From Cetorhinus maximus (taxonomy: Eukaryota), in contig NC_135903.1 of assembly GCF_964194155.1 (NCBI RefSeq), positions 2,914,001 through 2,978,000 of the forward strand: 64,000 nt of DNA, in the 5' to 3' direction. The first letter of the stretch is position 1. The number at the start of each line of letters is the position of its first letter. Shown piece after piece: positions 61,901 to 64,000 of the stretch. The position numbers and the translations under genes were made by a program. The notes below the pieces were generated by a model. The model saw nothing but the letters and a program-made list of their open reading frames with translations. It made no database searches and was not told the DNA's origin.

Positions 61901-62814
61901 ACCAGCTCCCTCTCCCTTCCTGCCTGGCCTATAATTCAAAGTCTTTGGGGGAAAGAGAGCTCCATTTCTTTTTTCCTTTCTTTAAAACCCAGATGAAAGG
62001 GCGGCTTCAGATGCTACATTTCTGCACATATGTTTCCCTATATAGGCCTTAATTAGCACTGCCCATGGTGCTCTTCAGTATTTTTGCCATTTACAGAGAT
62101 GCCTCATATGTACAAGTATGTTGCTTCAACTATTCTGTTTGGGAATTGAATAATACTGAATGGTTTGTGTTCCCGTCATCAATACAATACGGAGCACTTC
62201 TTGGTTACATTGTCTATTTTGCAATAGAGTATTTATTTGGAATGATCTAATGCACCAAACCTGACTTCATTTATATCTAAGGAATAAATATGGGCACAAG
62301 TACATTGTGCTGTCAGCTGTGTAATTTGTTATAATGCTAACGTGTTCACTGACAGTAAGTTTATTTTGGCAAATTGTCATTAATTTGAAAAGAAATCTTG
62401 CTCTTAAAAATGATGCAGCATTAGTTCTTTCTCTCAAATGTGCACCTTGTGCTCAAACCATTTTTGGTTTCATTTTAGTCAGTTCTGCGCAAACAGTTGC
62501 TTAGAAATCTGCTTTGTACACCAAAATGTCAATAATGGATGTTATCTATGAGGTTGGCAGTATTTTTTTACTGAAGAGTATTACGTTCCAATGGTAAATT
62601 ATTAATCCCAAATTCTGAGAAGCTCAGCAATTCTGCTTCTAGAAGGAAAGACATTCTGACTGATCTAAAAGTCTTCTATTATTGGACTGTGTGGGTTTGA
62701 AACTTCTGTACTAATTACTGTGATGCATGTTCATAATGAGAATGTTACACTGAACTTGCAATGAATACCTGCTTCTTGAAGTTTGTAACAACAGAAGTTA
62801 CGATGTATTGCAGA

Positions 62815-63150
62815 ATTTTTTTTATTCGTTCATGGGATTTGGGCATCGCTGGCTAGGCCAGCATTTATTGACCATCCCTAATTGCCCTTGTTCAGAAGGA
62901 TTTAAGAGTCAACCACATTGTTATGGGTTTGTAGGCCAGACCGGGTAAGGATGGAAGATTTCCTTCCCCAAAGGACATTAGTAAACCAGATGATTTTTAT
63001 GACAATGGTTTCATGGTTATCATCAGACTTTTAATTCCAGATTTTTTTTTTCTTGAATTCAAATCCCACCATCTGCCATGGTGGGATTTGAACCCCGGTC
63101 CCTAGGGCATTACCCTGGGTCTCTGGATCGCTAGTCTAGTGATAATATCG
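62815..63150 (-). mobile_element. tRNA-derived SINE sharing its 3' tail with the CR1-like LINE
   Basis: Minus strand has GGTTCAAATCCC (box B). Tail AGGGCAATTAGGGATGGTCAATAAATGCTGGCCTAGCCAGCG resembles 51878-51920. Confidence 0.7.
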
Positions 63151-64000
63151 CTGGGTTTGAATTAAAGTAAGATTTGTGGCATTATCAAGATTCATATGAC
63201 TGTGAGGATTTTTTCTTACAGTGGTGCATGTTATTTAAAAAAAAGATTACTTTGCCTACATTAAGTGGTTGAATATCCCTTCATTTTTCAATTAAAAAGG
63301 AAATTAAATTGAAGGGGCACCAAACAGGATTGCTGGGTTAAATACTGAACTGGGTTCAAATTCACTGCAGCTTGATGGGATGAACAAGACTTCTTCCTGC
63401 TCCTTTTGCAGGGGTACTATATAAAAAAGACTTTCAACTGTCTCAATCCAGTTCTTAGTGAGCACAGACCACAGCTCAAAAGTACCACGAGCCTTGTAAT
63501 TTAGTCTGACGTGGGCAATAGCACCGGAAATCAAATATGCACCATCTCTCTGTCCTTGTTAATGAATGCAAAAATAAACTTTAGAAAGGCTGTTAAAAGG
63601 AAATGTGTTGGTTAAGTACCTTAACCTTCTGCCCAGAAAGAATATCTCAAATAACTATTGTATTACAAGGATAAATTACTTTTGGAAAAATCCCAGTGGG
63701 GAAGTCGGATCAGCTGCAGACTCAACATCACTGGTGAAATGTGTTTACCTTAATATTTGAATGGGGACGAAGGACTTAAGTTTGTTATGGAGCAGCGCAC
63801 TTTTCCCATGGAAATAGCATGTTGAGTCAAAGGAAATAGCTCAATAGATGTTTTGTAATATTTTGAATTTATTTACTTTTCTAAAGCTGACCACAATAAA
63901 CCTGCAGCATTATATTTACAGGTTTTATATGAGCTGGCAAAACCGGTTTCCTTCAGGGTTTAAAAATGATCAAATAAAAAGCTGTGCACTGCACTTTCAA

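Overview
Eukaryotic, intron-rich vertebrate DNA. The repeat families (Deu-domain SINEs, CR1/L2, RTE, Tx1-like L1, Penelope-like and Gypsy LTR elements) suggest a cartilaginous fish (shark); this is inference. There are three host genes. (1) A complete 13-coding-exon CASC3 (MLN51/Barentsz, exon-junction complex) lies on the minus strand, 41481->16418, about 716 aa, with all GT-AG junctions phase-consistent. (2) Coding exon 1 of MSL1 lies on the plus strand (61112-61615), head-to-head with CASC3. (3) A large signal-peptide exon of an unidentified secreted or cell-surface protein with about 60 Thr/Glu/Pro/Ala octapeptide repeats lies on the minus strand (4407->2580) and probably continues off the left edge. 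The rest is a dense set of nested retroelements, several with readable target-site duplications. These include a two-LTR Gypsy provirus with Gmr1-like layout and internal inversions, and at least seven Penelope-derived ends carrying minimal hammerhead-ribozyme motifs, two of them in fold-back palindromes flanking CASC3. No prokaryotic-type system or CRISPR array is present. I cannot claim a wholly new system; the best leads are the orphan repeat glycoprotein and the hammerhead-bearing Penelope derivatives. Repeat boundaries are approximate unless a TSD is quoted.
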